Shown one piece after another: positions 18,376 to 27,671 of a stretch of 64,000 nt of DNA. Every line of letters begins with the position of its first letter. Position 1 is the first letter of the stretch. Under the pieces are notes generated by a model. That model was not told where the DNA came from and made no database searches. It worked only from the letters and a program-made list of their open reading frames with translations. Source of the stretch: a virus (Duplodnaviria > Heunggongvirae > Uroviricota > Caudoviricetes); IMG/VR virus record IMGVR_UViG_3300038345_000251, positions 311,248-375,247 of that record. One strand, given 5' to 3'. The position numbers and the translations under genes are program-made.

Positions 18376-18987
18376 ATGAAAATGACATTTGCAATTGATT
18401 GTGATGAAGTATTACGTTCATTATTGTCCAATATGATTTCATTATATAATAGAGAGTTTAATGAAAATATTGAATATGATGATGTAAAAGATTTTGTTGT
18501 TGATGTATCTTTTCCTAAGATACAGGAAACTACTGGTATAACAGCCTCACAGTGGTTTTTCCAAGACCATAGTACTGAATTATTTATGGAATCAGAAGCA
18601 TTACCTAAAGTAAAAGAAGCAATAGAAATACTTAAAGAATTTGGTGATGTCATTATTGTAACATATCAAAAGACATATAAAAATAAAATAGAAACTTTAA
18701 ATTGGTTAGAAAAACAGGGTATTTTTCCTGATGGTATCTGTTTTCTTAAAGATAAAACTTTGATTCATACTACTTTCTTCATTGATGATAATGATTGGAA
18801 TTTTAATGGATGTAATGCCCTTATGGGTATTCTTATTGATGCACCATATAATAAAGATATTGATATAAATGAATTAAAAGAAAAAAGTAATTGTAAAAAA
18901 ATGTATCGTTATCATTCATTATATGAATTTGCATGTAGTATTAAAAAAATAACAAACGTTATAAAACTTGCCGAAAATGGAATATAA
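18376..18987 (+). CDS. HAD-like hydrolase, possibly a 5'(3')-deoxyribonucleotidase family member
   Basis: N-terminal FAIDCDEVL resembles HAD motif I (DxDGVL). Confidence 0.35.
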   Translation: MKMTFAIDCDEVLRSLLSNMISLYNREFNENIEYDDVKDFVVDVSFPKIQETTGITASQWFFQDHSTELFMESEALPKVKEAIEILKEFGDVIIVTYQKTYKNKIETLNWLEKQGIFPDGICFLKDKTLIHTTFFIDDNDWNFNGCNALMGILIDAPYNKDIDINELKEKSNCKKMYRYHSLYEFACSIKKITNVIKLAENGI

Positions 18988-19750
18988 GAATTGGAAAGAA
19001 TTATATATAGAAAACAGAAGTTTAATTGACTTCGAATTCAAAAATCGTCTTTATGATGTTTTAAATAAACTTCTACAAAAGATTGATTACTTTCAAAATG
19101 AGGAACATAAAGAAATTGATGGTGGAGAACCTTATTCAGTAAATCAACCACATAGAGATAACATAGAGAAGTTAGAGAAATTCTACAGACCTTTGTATAA
19201 CTATATCAATACTGTTTCATTGCCATTAATGGAACAGCATAAGACTTATTTAGACAAAATAAGACATGAATTTGTTGATTTAGTTTTTCCTGAACTTACA
19301 GAAGACGGAATAAACAAAATGAGAGGTAAACCACATTGGTATGAGGATTATGTTAGAACCTGTAGAAGAGCATACGATTTATCTCAAATGTTAGAAGCAA
19401 TTTTCAGATATTCATATGAATTAGGTGCGACTAATATTGATGCAGAACCAGAAGATAAATACAATCAAAAAGAGTTTTCTTGGGATGAAGGAACATTCTA
19501 TGAAAAGGTCAGAAAATTACATCTTTCTCGTATGCAATCGTATGGAAAAAATACTATTTTTGGAAAAATGCTTGCTTCTATTGTTGATATGGGTACAAGA
19601 ATGGGTTATGACCAAGCAATTAAAGATGGATTAAGTGAAGAAGAAGCGCATAAAAAGAGTTATGATGTTGGTATGCAACAAGGAATAGATTTCTTAAAAC
19701 AATGTTTTAAAACCGAAGATAATGACAGCCAAAATGACAACCAAAAGTAA
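18968..19750 (+). CDS. hypothetical protein
   Basis: ORF. Confidence 0.5.
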   Translation: MPKMEYKNWKELYIENRSLIDFEFKNRLYDVLNKLLQKIDYFQNEEHKEIDGGEPYSVNQPHRDNIEKLEKFYRPLYNYINTVSLPLMEQHKTYLDKIRHEFVDLVFPELTEDGINKMRGKPHWYEDYVRTCRRAYDLSQMLEAIFRYSYELGATNIDAEPEDKYNQKEFSWDEGTFYEKVRKLHLSRMQSYGKNTIFGKMLASIVDMGTRMGYDQAIKDGLSEEEAHKKSYDVGMQQGIDFLKQCFKTEDNDSQNDNQK

Positions 19751-19937
19751 AACTTTAAAAGCATCAGAATTAATAGAAAAATTAGTTAAAATTATTTCTA
19801 TTTACGGAGATTTAGATGTATTTGTTGATGATTTCTCTTATATAACAGACGTTTACAAAAATGATGTTGATATAAACGAATGGGAAGAATCATCATGGAT
19901 TCAAATAGACACTGATTATGATTTAGGAGAAGAATAG
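19722..19937 (+). CDS. hypothetical small acidic protein
   Basis: ORF. Confidence 0.35.
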   Translation: MTAKMTTKSKTLKASELIEKLVKIISIYGDLDVFVDDFSYITDVYKNDVDINEWEESSWIQIDTDYDLGEE

Positions 19938-19939
19938 AT

Positions 19940-20410
19940 ATGACAATTATTTATAAAAGTGGTGATATTTTTGATAGCGAAGTAAACATTATCTGTCATC
20001 AGGTTAATGCACAAGGTGTAATGGGTAGTGGTGTTGCTAAACAGGTTAAAGATAAATATCCAAGAGTATTTGATAAATATAAGGAAGCCTGTGATAAAGA
20101 TTTGTTTAAGCTTGGTTCATGTCAGGTTGTTGCTGTAGACGATACAAAAACAAAATTTATTGCTAATCTTTGTGGACAATGGAACTTTGGTTATGATGGG
20201 AAACGTTATACCAGTTATGATGCTATTTACAGTGCTTTAGAAAAACTGAGCGATTATTGTAAAAAGAAAAACATTCAAAGTATTGGTTTTCCATATAAAA
20301 TGTCATGTGATAGGGGTGGTGCAAGTTGGCATATTATTTTCTCTATGATTGAAGATGTCTTTACTGATAACAATAACATAATAATTGAAATCTGGCAATA
20401 TAAAAAGTAA
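19940..20410 (+). CDS. macro domain protein, TARG1/OARD1/DarG-like subfamily (ADP-ribose hydrolase)
   Basis: GDIFDSEVNIICHQVNAQGVMGSGVAKQVKDKYP aligns with human TARG1 GDLF..[23 protein letters not shown]. Confidence 0.65.
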   Translation: MTIIYKSGDIFDSEVNIICHQVNAQGVMGSGVAKQVKDKYPRVFDKYKEACDKDLFKLGSCQVVAVDDTKTKFIANLCGQWNFGYDGKRYTSYDAIYSALEKLSDYCKKKNIQSIGFPYKMSCDRGGASWHIIFSMIEDVFTDNNNIIIEIWQYKK

Positions 20411-20434
20411 ATTTTTAAATATATTTAAAATACG

Positions 20435-20950
20435 ATGAAAAACATTGATGAAAAACTTAACAATTTAAAGAAATTTGACAAATCAGAAAGGTCAAGTTTT
20501 CCTTATTGGTTTAACCATTGGAAAGCCTATAATTTAATGGCAAAGAAACTTGGTGTATGGAAATTTAAATACATCTTTCACGATTGGTATAAACCTTGGT
20601 TGAGACTGTTTATGCCTTATGAAAAAGTACAAGCATTTCATAGGAAACATTCTAATCATCATCCAGAATGGCTTGAAAATAAGTTCAAAAAATGTCAAAA
20701 CTGTTTGTATACACATGGTTATAGTTATATAGATAAATATGACTATGAAGGTACTTTAATTGATTGGGAATGTAGTAGATTCACTAAAACAGCCAAAACA
20801 TTAGACGCTTGTGGCGAATATAAAAACTTATTTCAGAGAGAAAAGTTTAAAGTAAAATATCCTGAACTTTATCACCAAGGTTGTCTTATGATTTTACAAT
20901 CAAAATTTTTTAGTACTTTGGAAAAACTTGGATTATATTCAATTGACTAA
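20435..20950 (+). CDS. hypothetical protein (His/Cys-rich)
   Basis: ORF. Confidence 0.5.
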   Translation: MKNIDEKLNNLKKFDKSERSSFPYWFNHWKAYNLMAKKLGVWKFKYIFHDWYKPWLRLFMPYEKVQAFHRKHSNHHPEWLENKFKKCQNCLYTHGYSYIDKYDYEGTLIDWECSRFTKTAKTLDACGEYKNLFQREKFKVKYPELYHQGCLMILQSKFFSTLEKLGLYSID

Positions 20951-20955
20951 TTAAA

Positions 20956-21312
20956 ATGACAATTAATTTAGAACCTTCAATAATACCTTATACTGATGGA
21001 GTAATTGAGATACGCTTCAGTTTAGAATTTCAAAAGATATATGATGCGGAAGTTGATTATATAGATTATATAATAAATTGTTATTATGAAGACCCTAATC
21101 ATTGTAGAATATTTACTTTTAAAGATGTATATCAATTTAATAAAGAAATAGAAGATTTAAAAGATACATTTACATTTGAAATGATAGATTCATATACAAT
21201 TGAAGCATTTAAAGTTAAAGTAATGGATTTATGTAATAAATTTATAAATGGTAGTATGATTGCAAAATCCAGTGATTACTATTTTATGTGGGATAATCAA
21301 AAATTTAATTAA
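20956..21312 (+). CDS. hypothetical protein
   Basis: ORF. Confidence 0.5.
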   Translation: MTINLEPSIIPYTDGVIEIRFSLEFQKIYDAEVDYIDYIINCYYEDPNHCRIFTFKDVYQFNKEIEDLKDTFTFEMIDSYTIEAFKVKVMDLCNKFINGSMIAKSSDYYFMWDNQKFN

Positions 21313-21313
21313 T

Positions 21314-22195
21314 ATGGAAAGAATTAAAGATTATAATAAACTTAAAGACGAATGTGTTGAATGGCTTCGTAAATGGTTTGATGAAAACGGTAAAGGTTGT
21401 AATGCTGTTATCGGTATTTCAGGAGGTAAGGATTCAACTATAGTTGCTAAACTATGTGTGGAAGCACTTGGTAAAGATAGAGTTATTGGTGTGTTGATGC
21501 CTAATGGTGTACAAAAGGATATTAATGATTCTATTGATATTTGTAAGTTATTTGATATTAAATATTATATTATTGATATTGAAAATGCTTATAATTCAAT
21601 AATTAAACAAGTAGGTGATTTTATTAAGTTTAAGACTACAACTAAATTGTCAGAACCTTCGTTACAAACAAGACAAAATCTTCCACCAAGACTTAGAATG
21701 TCAACACTTTATGCTGTTTCACAATCATTTAATGGTAGAGTAGTAGGTACTTCTAATGCTTCTGAAAATTATATCGGTTATTGTACTGCTTGGGGAGACC
21801 AGGTAAGTGATGTAGAGCCGATTGCGAATCTTACTGTAACAGAAGTTAAGAAACTTGGACATGCACTTGATATTCCTTATAAGTATGTTGAGAAAACACC
21901 TGCTGATGGACTTCCTGAAAGTTGTTCAGATGAAGAAAAATTTGGTTTTTCATATACGATGCTTGATGATTTTATTTGTGGTAACTATGAAAATGTTCCT
22001 ACCGATATACAGGCAAAAATTAACGGAATGCATATGCGTAACTTGTTTAAAATAAATAGAGTTATGATTGATACCTTTATGCCTGATGATATTTTTGAAT
22101 GGCAATATGGTTCATTAAATAGTTATCAAGAATTTATAGATGATATTGAAGCACACGATTGGCTAAATGATAATCAGGAGAATGGTGGTTTTTAA
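21314..22195 (+). CDS. nadE: NH3-dependent NAD+ synthetase (NadE)
   Basis: PP-loop VIGISGGKDSTIVAKLC, LMPNGVQ, KTPADGL and FGFSYTMLDDFICG are collinear with E. coli NadE. The start at 21314 is preferred over 21260. Confidence 0.85.
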   Translation: MERIKDYNKLKDECVEWLRKWFDENGKGCNAVIGISGGKDSTIVAKLCVEALGKDRVIGVLMPNGVQKDINDSIDICKLFDIKYYIIDIENAYNSIIKQVGDFIKFKTTTKLSEPSLQTRQNLPPRLRMSTLYAVSQSFNGRVVGTSNASENYIGYCTAWGDQVSDVEPIANLTVTEVKKLGHALDIPYKYVEKTPADGLPESCSDEEKFGFSYTMLDDFICGNYENVPTDIQAKINGMHMRNLFKINRVMIDTFMPDDIFEWQYGSLNSYQEFIDDIEAHDWLNDNQENGGF

Positions 22196-22197
22196 TT

Positions 22198-22596
22198 ATG
22201 ATTCATGTATTAAATATATCTAAAGAAGAACACCCAACAAACAATTACTATTACATTGGAAGGAATAAATTTAATACAAATATATTAGGTAATCCTTACA
22301 CACATTTAGATTTGGAAAAAACAAAAGCAATCTATCAATGTAAAGACAGGGATGAAGCTGTTAGTAATTATGCAATTTACTTTGATGCAATGTATGGACA
22401 CAATATAGAGTTTACTAAAATAATAGATGAAATTTATGAGAAATATAAAAATGGTGAAGAAGTGTATCTTGGTTGTTGGTGTTCTCCGAAATCCTGTCAT
22501 GGGGATGTTATTAGACAAAAATTGCAACAAAGATTAATTAAAGAAAAAATAAAAGAAAAAAGTGACAATAGAGGAAAATATAAAAAAGAAACTTAA
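22198..22596 (+). CDS. DUF4326-like protein (conserved CWCxPxxCHGDV motif)
   Basis: LGCWCSPKSCHGDVIRQ. Family assignment is from memory of the motif, not from a search. Confidence 0.4.
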   Translation: MIHVLNISKEEHPTNNYYYIGRNKFNTNILGNPYTHLDLEKTKAIYQCKDRDEAVSNYAIYFDAMYGHNIEFTKIIDEIYEKYKNGEEVYLGCWCSPKSCHGDVIRQKLQQRLIKEKIKEKSDNRGKYKKET

Positions 22597-23431
22597 TAAT
22601 GCTATCAATGAAGAATTATCTGTTTCAAACGATGTATATAATACTTCATTAAATATTTTGTTAAAAATAAATGAGTATATTAAAAAAACAGAATATAAAC
22701 AAATTAAAAAAGGTATTAAAACACAAGAGTTTTCTTTTCATGAAACAATTTTAAATAAAAAAATATTAGTAGAAGTAATTCATTATAATTTTGGAAATAA
22801 CGAATATTTTGAACAATATGAGACAGAAATAACATATAGTGATGGTAGTTCTATAAGTGATGGAAATCGTTTAAATAATATCAAAATATCATGTTATAGT
22901 ATATCAAATAAATTCTATTCAGACAATGCAATGGATGTTATACAACATGAAGTAGAACATGTTTTTCAAGGAATTAAAGGTTCAAAAATAATAACTAATT
23001 TCAATAAATTATATGATACTGCTACTAATGGATTACAAAGTAATAATTTAAAATTAAAGATATTATCAAATATTGTTTATCTTTCTCATAAGTTTGAAAT
23101 AGATGCATATATTAATGGGTTATATGGTTATTTAATGCAAAAAGGAGGAATTCCGACATATGAAGATATAAAAAAAACACCTTTATATATAAACTTAAAA
23201 GTATTTAGAAGACAACTTAATATTATTTCTAAAGATAAAGAATATGAAAACATTTCTTCTACTTTTTTTGGTATTCCATTAAAAAAAATAATAAAAAATT
23301 CATTAAATGCTGAAAATTATTTAATAAATAAATTAGGTAAAATATTAATAAAAGTTCAGCAAGATAAAGAAAAACAAGGTTTAGGACACTTAACAACAAC
23401 AAAGGGAAATAAGCAAAAAATACAATTTTAA
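22562..23431 (+). CDS. hypothetical protein
   Basis: ORF with a GTG start overlapping the upstream gene. Confidence 0.45.
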   Translation: MTIEENIKKKLNNAINEELSVSNDVYNTSLNILLKINEYIKKTEYKQIKKGIKTQEFSFHETILNKKILVEVIHYNFGNNEYFEQYETEITYSDGSSISDGNRLNNIKISCYSISNKFYSDNAMDVIQHEVEHVFQGIKGSKIITNFNKLYDTATNGLQSNNLKLKILSNIVYLSHKFEIDAYINGLYGYLMQKGGIPTYEDIKKTPLYINLKVFRRQLNIISKDKEYENISSTFFGIPLKKIIKNSLNAENYLINKLGKILIKVQQDKEKQGLGHLTTTKGNKQKIQF

Positions 23432-23432
23432 T

Positions 23433-23678
23433 ATGCTTGACTGGGATGAAATAAGAGCACAGGCTGCTATTGGTGCTATGGAAGCATTACTTGAAAATGG
23501 TAAGATTGGTGAATTGTTTGAAACAGCACCATATATTGTTGCCAAACAATCTGTTAGAATGGCTAATTATTTAGTTGAAGAATTACAACGCAATAAAAGT
23601 AATGATGATTTAACTAAAGAAATAAAAGAAGACATTAAAAAGCAAATAAAAGAAATAACTTTTAGACCAAAAAAATAA
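23433..23678 (+). CDS. hypothetical protein
   Basis: ORF. Confidence 0.45.
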   Translation: MLDWDEIRAQAAIGAMEALLENGKIGELFETAPYIVAKQSVRMANYLVEELQRNKSNDDLTKEIKEDIKKQIKEITFRPKK

Positions 23679-23683
23679 ATAGT

Positions 23684-23902
23684 ATGGAAAAAGAACTTAA
23701 ATCTAGACAAGAAAGTAGAGAATATTATACTAAAAAGTTTCTTGAAAATATGAACGATAAAGCATCTTCAATGATTACATATTATATTGATGGTGGGTAT
23801 TGTGATGGATATAATACAGTTCTTCAAGCATATGAAAATTTATTTGGCCTTGATGAAAGGTATTGGGAATTAGTTAATTATTTAAATGAAAATATTATTT
23901 AA
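23684..23902 (+). CDS. hypothetical protein
   Basis: ORF. Confidence 0.4.
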   Translation: MEKELKSRQESREYYTKKFLENMNDKASSMITYYIDGGYCDGYNTVLQAYENLFGLDERYWELVNYLNENII

Positions 23903-23931
23903 ACGAAAATAATTGTTAAAACTTAAAATAT

Positions 23932-24318
23932 ATGGAAAAAGAAAATAAATTTGTTTGGTGGGTTGGCGATATGCCATTTAATGATAAATTTGATACTTTA
24001 GAAGAAGCAGTAGAAGACGCTAGAAAGAATAGTGATGATTTTGAAGGTAGTATAATTACTATTGGTATTCTTGAAGGTGGATTTGATTATAAAGATGCAT
24101 CAAAAGAATGTGTTAGTTTAGTAATGGATAGGTTTGATGAAATATATGATGATTGGCAGGGTAGTTTAGATGATGATATAGTATGGTGGGATGAAAGATT
24201 CAAAGAAGAACTTGAACCAATCGTAGAAAATCTTCTTAGAAAATACACAGACTTTTCAGTAAAAGAAAAAGCAATGCATTATTGTAATTATGATTTATTA
24301 AGAGATAAAATGATTTAG
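23932..24318 (+). CDS. hypothetical acidic protein
   Basis: ORF. Confidence 0.45.
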   Translation: MEKENKFVWWVGDMPFNDKFDTLEEAVEDARKNSDDFEGSIITIGILEGGFDYKDASKECVSLVMDRFDEIYDDWQGSLDDDIVWWDERFKEELEPIVENLLRKYTDFSVKEKAMHYCNYDLLRDKMI

Positions 24319-24319
24319 T

Positions 24320-26179
24320 ATGCCACTTAGAGACCAAGATAAATATAGAATATCTGTTAAAGGAGAACCCCAAGAAGTAAGTGACATAAGAAACAAGATT
24401 CTTGATACATTTGATGGCTTGGAGTTTGTTGAAGAAGGACATAAATATTTTTTACATGGCGAAGAATTATGTTCTGTTTCATCTATTGCTGGAAGGTACG
24501 AAAGTGAGTTTGATACTGTTACTAAAGCGAGAAATTATGCTATGAAAAACGGTGAAACACCTGAATATTGGATTGACCAATGGCGTTTTACTAATCTTAA
24601 GGCTACTGTAACAGGAACACAAGTACATGGGTATGCAGAAGGACTTGCTTGGATTAAAATAGGACATCCAGAAAACATACCTGAAGACCAAAAGTATAAG
24701 TACATTGAAGATAAAGGATGGTTAATACCAACAAGACACAAAGAAGAAGCAGCATTAAAATTTTGGAAAGAATTTCCAGATAATATGCACGTTGTATTAC
24801 CTGAAACAAGAGTGTTTAGTAGCGCAAATCCTGACTTACCAAGATTTAGAGAAAACTATGCAGGTACTTTTGACTTATTGGTATATTATAAACACCCTAC
24901 GGATGATACCAAAAGTGGTTTAATCGTTATGGATTGGAAGGGATTAGACATAAAAACACCAATTTTTACTAAAGATGGATGGAAAACAATGGGTAATATT
25001 CAAGTTAATGATGTTGTTTATGATAGTAATGGAAAAGAAACAAAAGTAATACATTGCTCAGACATACATTTTAAAAAATGCTATAAAATAAAATTTGACA
25101 ATAATACAGAAATTATTGCTGATAATGACCATCGTTGGTTAATAAGTTTTTTAAAATCTAAAAATTGTTATAAAGAAAAAATATTAACAACAGAAGAACT
25201 TTTTAATCTATTAGAAAAAATAAAAAATAAAAGAGAGAGTTTCAATATTCCAAAAATTAAAATTACTGAAGCAATTGATAATAATGTGTCTTTGCCAATT
25301 GACCCATATGTACTAGGTGTTTGGTTAGGTGACGGACATTCAGCAGATGGTAAAATAACTAATATGTATGATGAAATTTTTAAAGAAATAGAAAGGAGAG
25401 GTTTTATTTGTGGTAAAGATGTATCACAAGGTGGTACAGGTAAAGCAGTAACTAGAACTGTTTTTGGATTAGAAAAACTTTTAAGAGAAAATAATCTTAT
25501 TAAAAACAAACATGTTCCTGACATTTATTTAAAATCTTCTAAAAAACAAAAAATTGAATTACTACAAGGAATTATGGACACTGATGGTTATTACCATCCA
25601 ACAAGAAAAAGATACATATTGTCAACTTCAAGAGAAAAACAAGTTGATTTTTGTGTTAAATTATTATCATCACTTGGAATAAAAACTACTGTAATAAAAT
25701 ATTTTAAAAACATTAATAATAAAAAAATTCAATGTTATGATGTTTCATTTAAATGTGACTTTTATCCATTTAAAATTAGAAAAATAGAAACAAAAGTAGA
25801 AATGACACCTAGAAGTAAATATCTAACAATAAAAGAAGTTTTACCAGTTGATACTGTACCAACTAGATGTATTGAAGTTGATAGTGAAACACATACATTT
25901 TTATTTGGAAGAGAATTTATTGTAACACATAACACAAACGGTAATCTTTATAAAGATTTTGCACGTACCAATTTTAAAATGATGAAAGAACCATTTGATA
26001 ATTTGTTTGATGAAAGTTATGGCGGATATACCATACAATTAAGTTGTTATCAAATTCCATTAAACGATATTGGACTTAAAGTAATCGGAAGAAGAATCAT
26101 ATGGCTGAAAGATGATGGAACATATGAAATTGTTAAAGTAAATGATGTTACTGATAAAATAAGAAAAGTTTTATCATAA
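24320..26179 (+). CDS. YqaJ/lambda-exonuclease-like PD-(D/E)XK nuclease interrupted by an intein-like Hint + LAGLIDADG endonuclease element
   Basis: Extein FDLLVYY...IVMDWKG (PD-D/ExK). Insert with Hint-like start after DIK. LAGLIDADG motifs VLGVWLGDGHSADG and LLQGIMDTDGYY. Intein-like end ...IVTHN followed by T. Confidence 0.5.
   Translation: MPLRDQDKYRISVKGEPQEVSDIRNKILDTFDGLEFVEEGHKYFLHGEELCSVSSIAGRYESEFDTVTKARNYAMKNGETPEYWIDQWRFTNLKATVTGTQVHGYAEGLAWIKIGHPENIPEDQKYKYIEDKGWLIPTRHKEEAALKFWKEFPDNMHVVLPETRVFSSANPDLPRFRENYAGTFDLLVYYKHPTDDTKSGLIVMDWKGLDIKTPIFTKDGWKTMGNIQVNDVVYDSNGKETKVIHCSDIHFKKCYKIKFDNNTEIIADNDHRWLISFLKSKNCYKEKILTTEELFNLLEKIKNKRESFNIPKIKITEAIDNNVSLPIDPYVLGVWLGDGHSADGKITNMYDEIFKEIERRGFICGKDVSQGGTGKAVTRTVFGLEKLLRENNLIKNKHVPDIYLKSSKKQKIELLQGIMDTDGYYHPTRKRYILSTSREKQVDFCVKLLSSLGIKTTVIKYFKNINNKKIQCYDVSFKCDFYPFKIRKIETKVEMTPRSKYLTIKEVLPVDTVPTRCIEVDSETHTFLFGREFIVTHNTNGNLYKDFARTNFKMMKEPFDNLFDESYGGYTIQLSCYQIPLNDIGLKVIGRRIIWLKDDGTYEIVKVNDVTDKIRKVLS
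24950..25932 (+). mobile_element. intein-like insertion (approximate boundaries) within 24320..26179
   Basis: See the parent CDS. Boundaries are inferred from the Hint block and the terminal HN|T. Confidence 0.4.
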
Positions 26180-26233
26180 AATCTTGACTTTTAAATAATA
26201 AAATATTATTTTTATAGAAAAAATTAAAAAGTT

Positions 26234-27241
26234 ATGAGTGACAAAGAATTAATTGAAAAAATGAACAAAAAGTTAAATCCTGATAGTTCTGTTAAGAAAA
26301 TTCCTGTGAAAATAATAAACAAGGAATCTAATGAAAAAGATGATAAAGAATTGATTGATAAGTTAAATAAAACTAAATTTGTGGTTGATACACCAGAAGT
26401 TAAAGTTGAAGAAAAGGAAAATTGTTGCGGTAACTGCTGTGACTGTGGTTGTGATTGCGAATTTAAAGAAGACAATGAACCATGTGATAAAACTTGCAGT
26501 TATGACAAACTTAAGGATGAACTTAATATTGAGAAACCTCTTGTATATAATTTAAAATACGAAATTGGTAAAATTAAAGATGTATATAAGAAGTTTGAGA
26601 AAAGTCAATGGCAAGAAGAAATTCAGAAAATCATTGATAAGACACCACTTAAGAAAATTTTAGGCTGTAGTTCCAGATTTTTATGTACCCCTTTTGGACA
26701 AATGTTTATTGATGCACTTGCAACCAACCCAACATATAAATGGAATGATATTATAGATAAAAGAAAAGAATTTGATTCATTCCTTTCTTTTAAAAATGAT
26801 ATATCAAATGTTAAAAATGAAATAGATACTCTTTATAAGAATCCAATTGAAACTGAAACTGAAAAAATAGAAAAAGAAAATAAAACAAAAAATAATCCTT
26901 ACAAAGTTTTCGATTTTGAAAGAAGTAAAGAACTTATCAACAAACTTGATTGCATTGATAAAGGTGTTCCTTTAACAGCAAAGCCTAATAGTATTATTGA
27001 TGACCTTAGAAACAGTTGTGATACTGAAGAAATAATCAGTAAGATAAAAAACGAAATTGAAAAAAGGAAAAAAGAACGTAATAAAAAGGCAAACGAAGTA
27101 TGGTATTTCATTAAAGATAATGTAGAATCAATGGAAGACTATATGCATAAATACGATAATCAGTTAGTCACTATCAATGAATTAAATACTTTATTTGAAA
27201 AATACGTTGATATGTGGAATCTTTTAAAAGAAACAATTTAA
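26234..27241 (+). CDS. acidic, Cys-cluster protein (CCGNCCDCGCDC)
   Basis: ORF with a Cys-rich patch. Confidence 0.5.
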   Translation: MSDKELIEKMNKKLNPDSSVKKIPVKIINKESNEKDDKELIDKLNKTKFVVDTPEVKVEEKENCCGNCCDCGCDCEFKEDNEPCDKTCSYDKLKDELNIEKPLVYNLKYEIGKIKDVYKKFEKSQWQEEIQKIIDKTPLKKILGCSSRFLCTPFGQMFIDALATNPTYKWNDIIDKRKEFDSFLSFKNDISNVKNEIDTLYKNPIETETEKIEKENKTKNNPYKVFDFERSKELINKLDCIDKGVPLTAKPNSIIDDLRNSCDTEEIISKIKNEIEKRKKERNKKANEVWYFIKDNVESMEDYMHKYDNQLVTINELNTLFEKYVDMWNLLKETI

Positions 27242-27245
27242 TATT

Positions 27246-27491
27246 ATGAGAGACGGTCGTTATATTGTAGTTAAACCTATCCCCCTTGGTGGTGGAAACA
27301 GTATTAGAGTAAATACTGAAATAGACAGAGTTCACGGTAATTTTTACATGGATGGTGGTTTACTTCCACTTGATTTCCAACATGATTTTGAAACATTGCT
27401 TACACATGAACTTAAAACAGGTTGGAAATATCTGAAACCAAATAATCCTGTTGTCGGAAATTCAATTATCGGTAAACATATTAATAAATAA
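27246..27491 (+). CDS. hypothetical protein
   Basis: ORF followed by tandem hairpins at 27491-27549. Confidence 0.45.
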   Translation: MRDGRYIVVKPIPLGGGNSIRVNTEIDRVHGNFYMDGGLLPLDFQHDFETLLTHELKTGWKYLKPNNPVVGNSIIGKHINK

Positions 27492-27549
27492 GGTGAGTAA
27501 ATTTACTCACCTTATTTTTATAAAAAAAAGGAGTTGATTGCTCAACTCC
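27491..27549. terminator. two tandem hairpins (ggtgagtaa att ttactcacc; ggagttga ttgc tcaactcc)
   Basis: Perfect 9-bp and 8-bp stems. T-tract after the first, A-tract after the second. Confidence 0.55.
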
Positions 27550-27627
27550 CAAAAACTATATATAAGAACGGCACTCAGTAACTAAAAAATATATGCTCAA
27601 CTTCTTTATATGTTTTGTATATAATTA

Positions 27628-27658
27628 TTTGAAAAAAGTAAAAAAATCTGTACCTTTG
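27628..27658 (+). promoter_or_regulatory. promoter: TTTG, N19, TACCTTTG
   Basis: Lies upstream of the helicase gene. Confidence 0.55.
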
Positions 27659-27671
27659 TAAAAAAGTGTAT

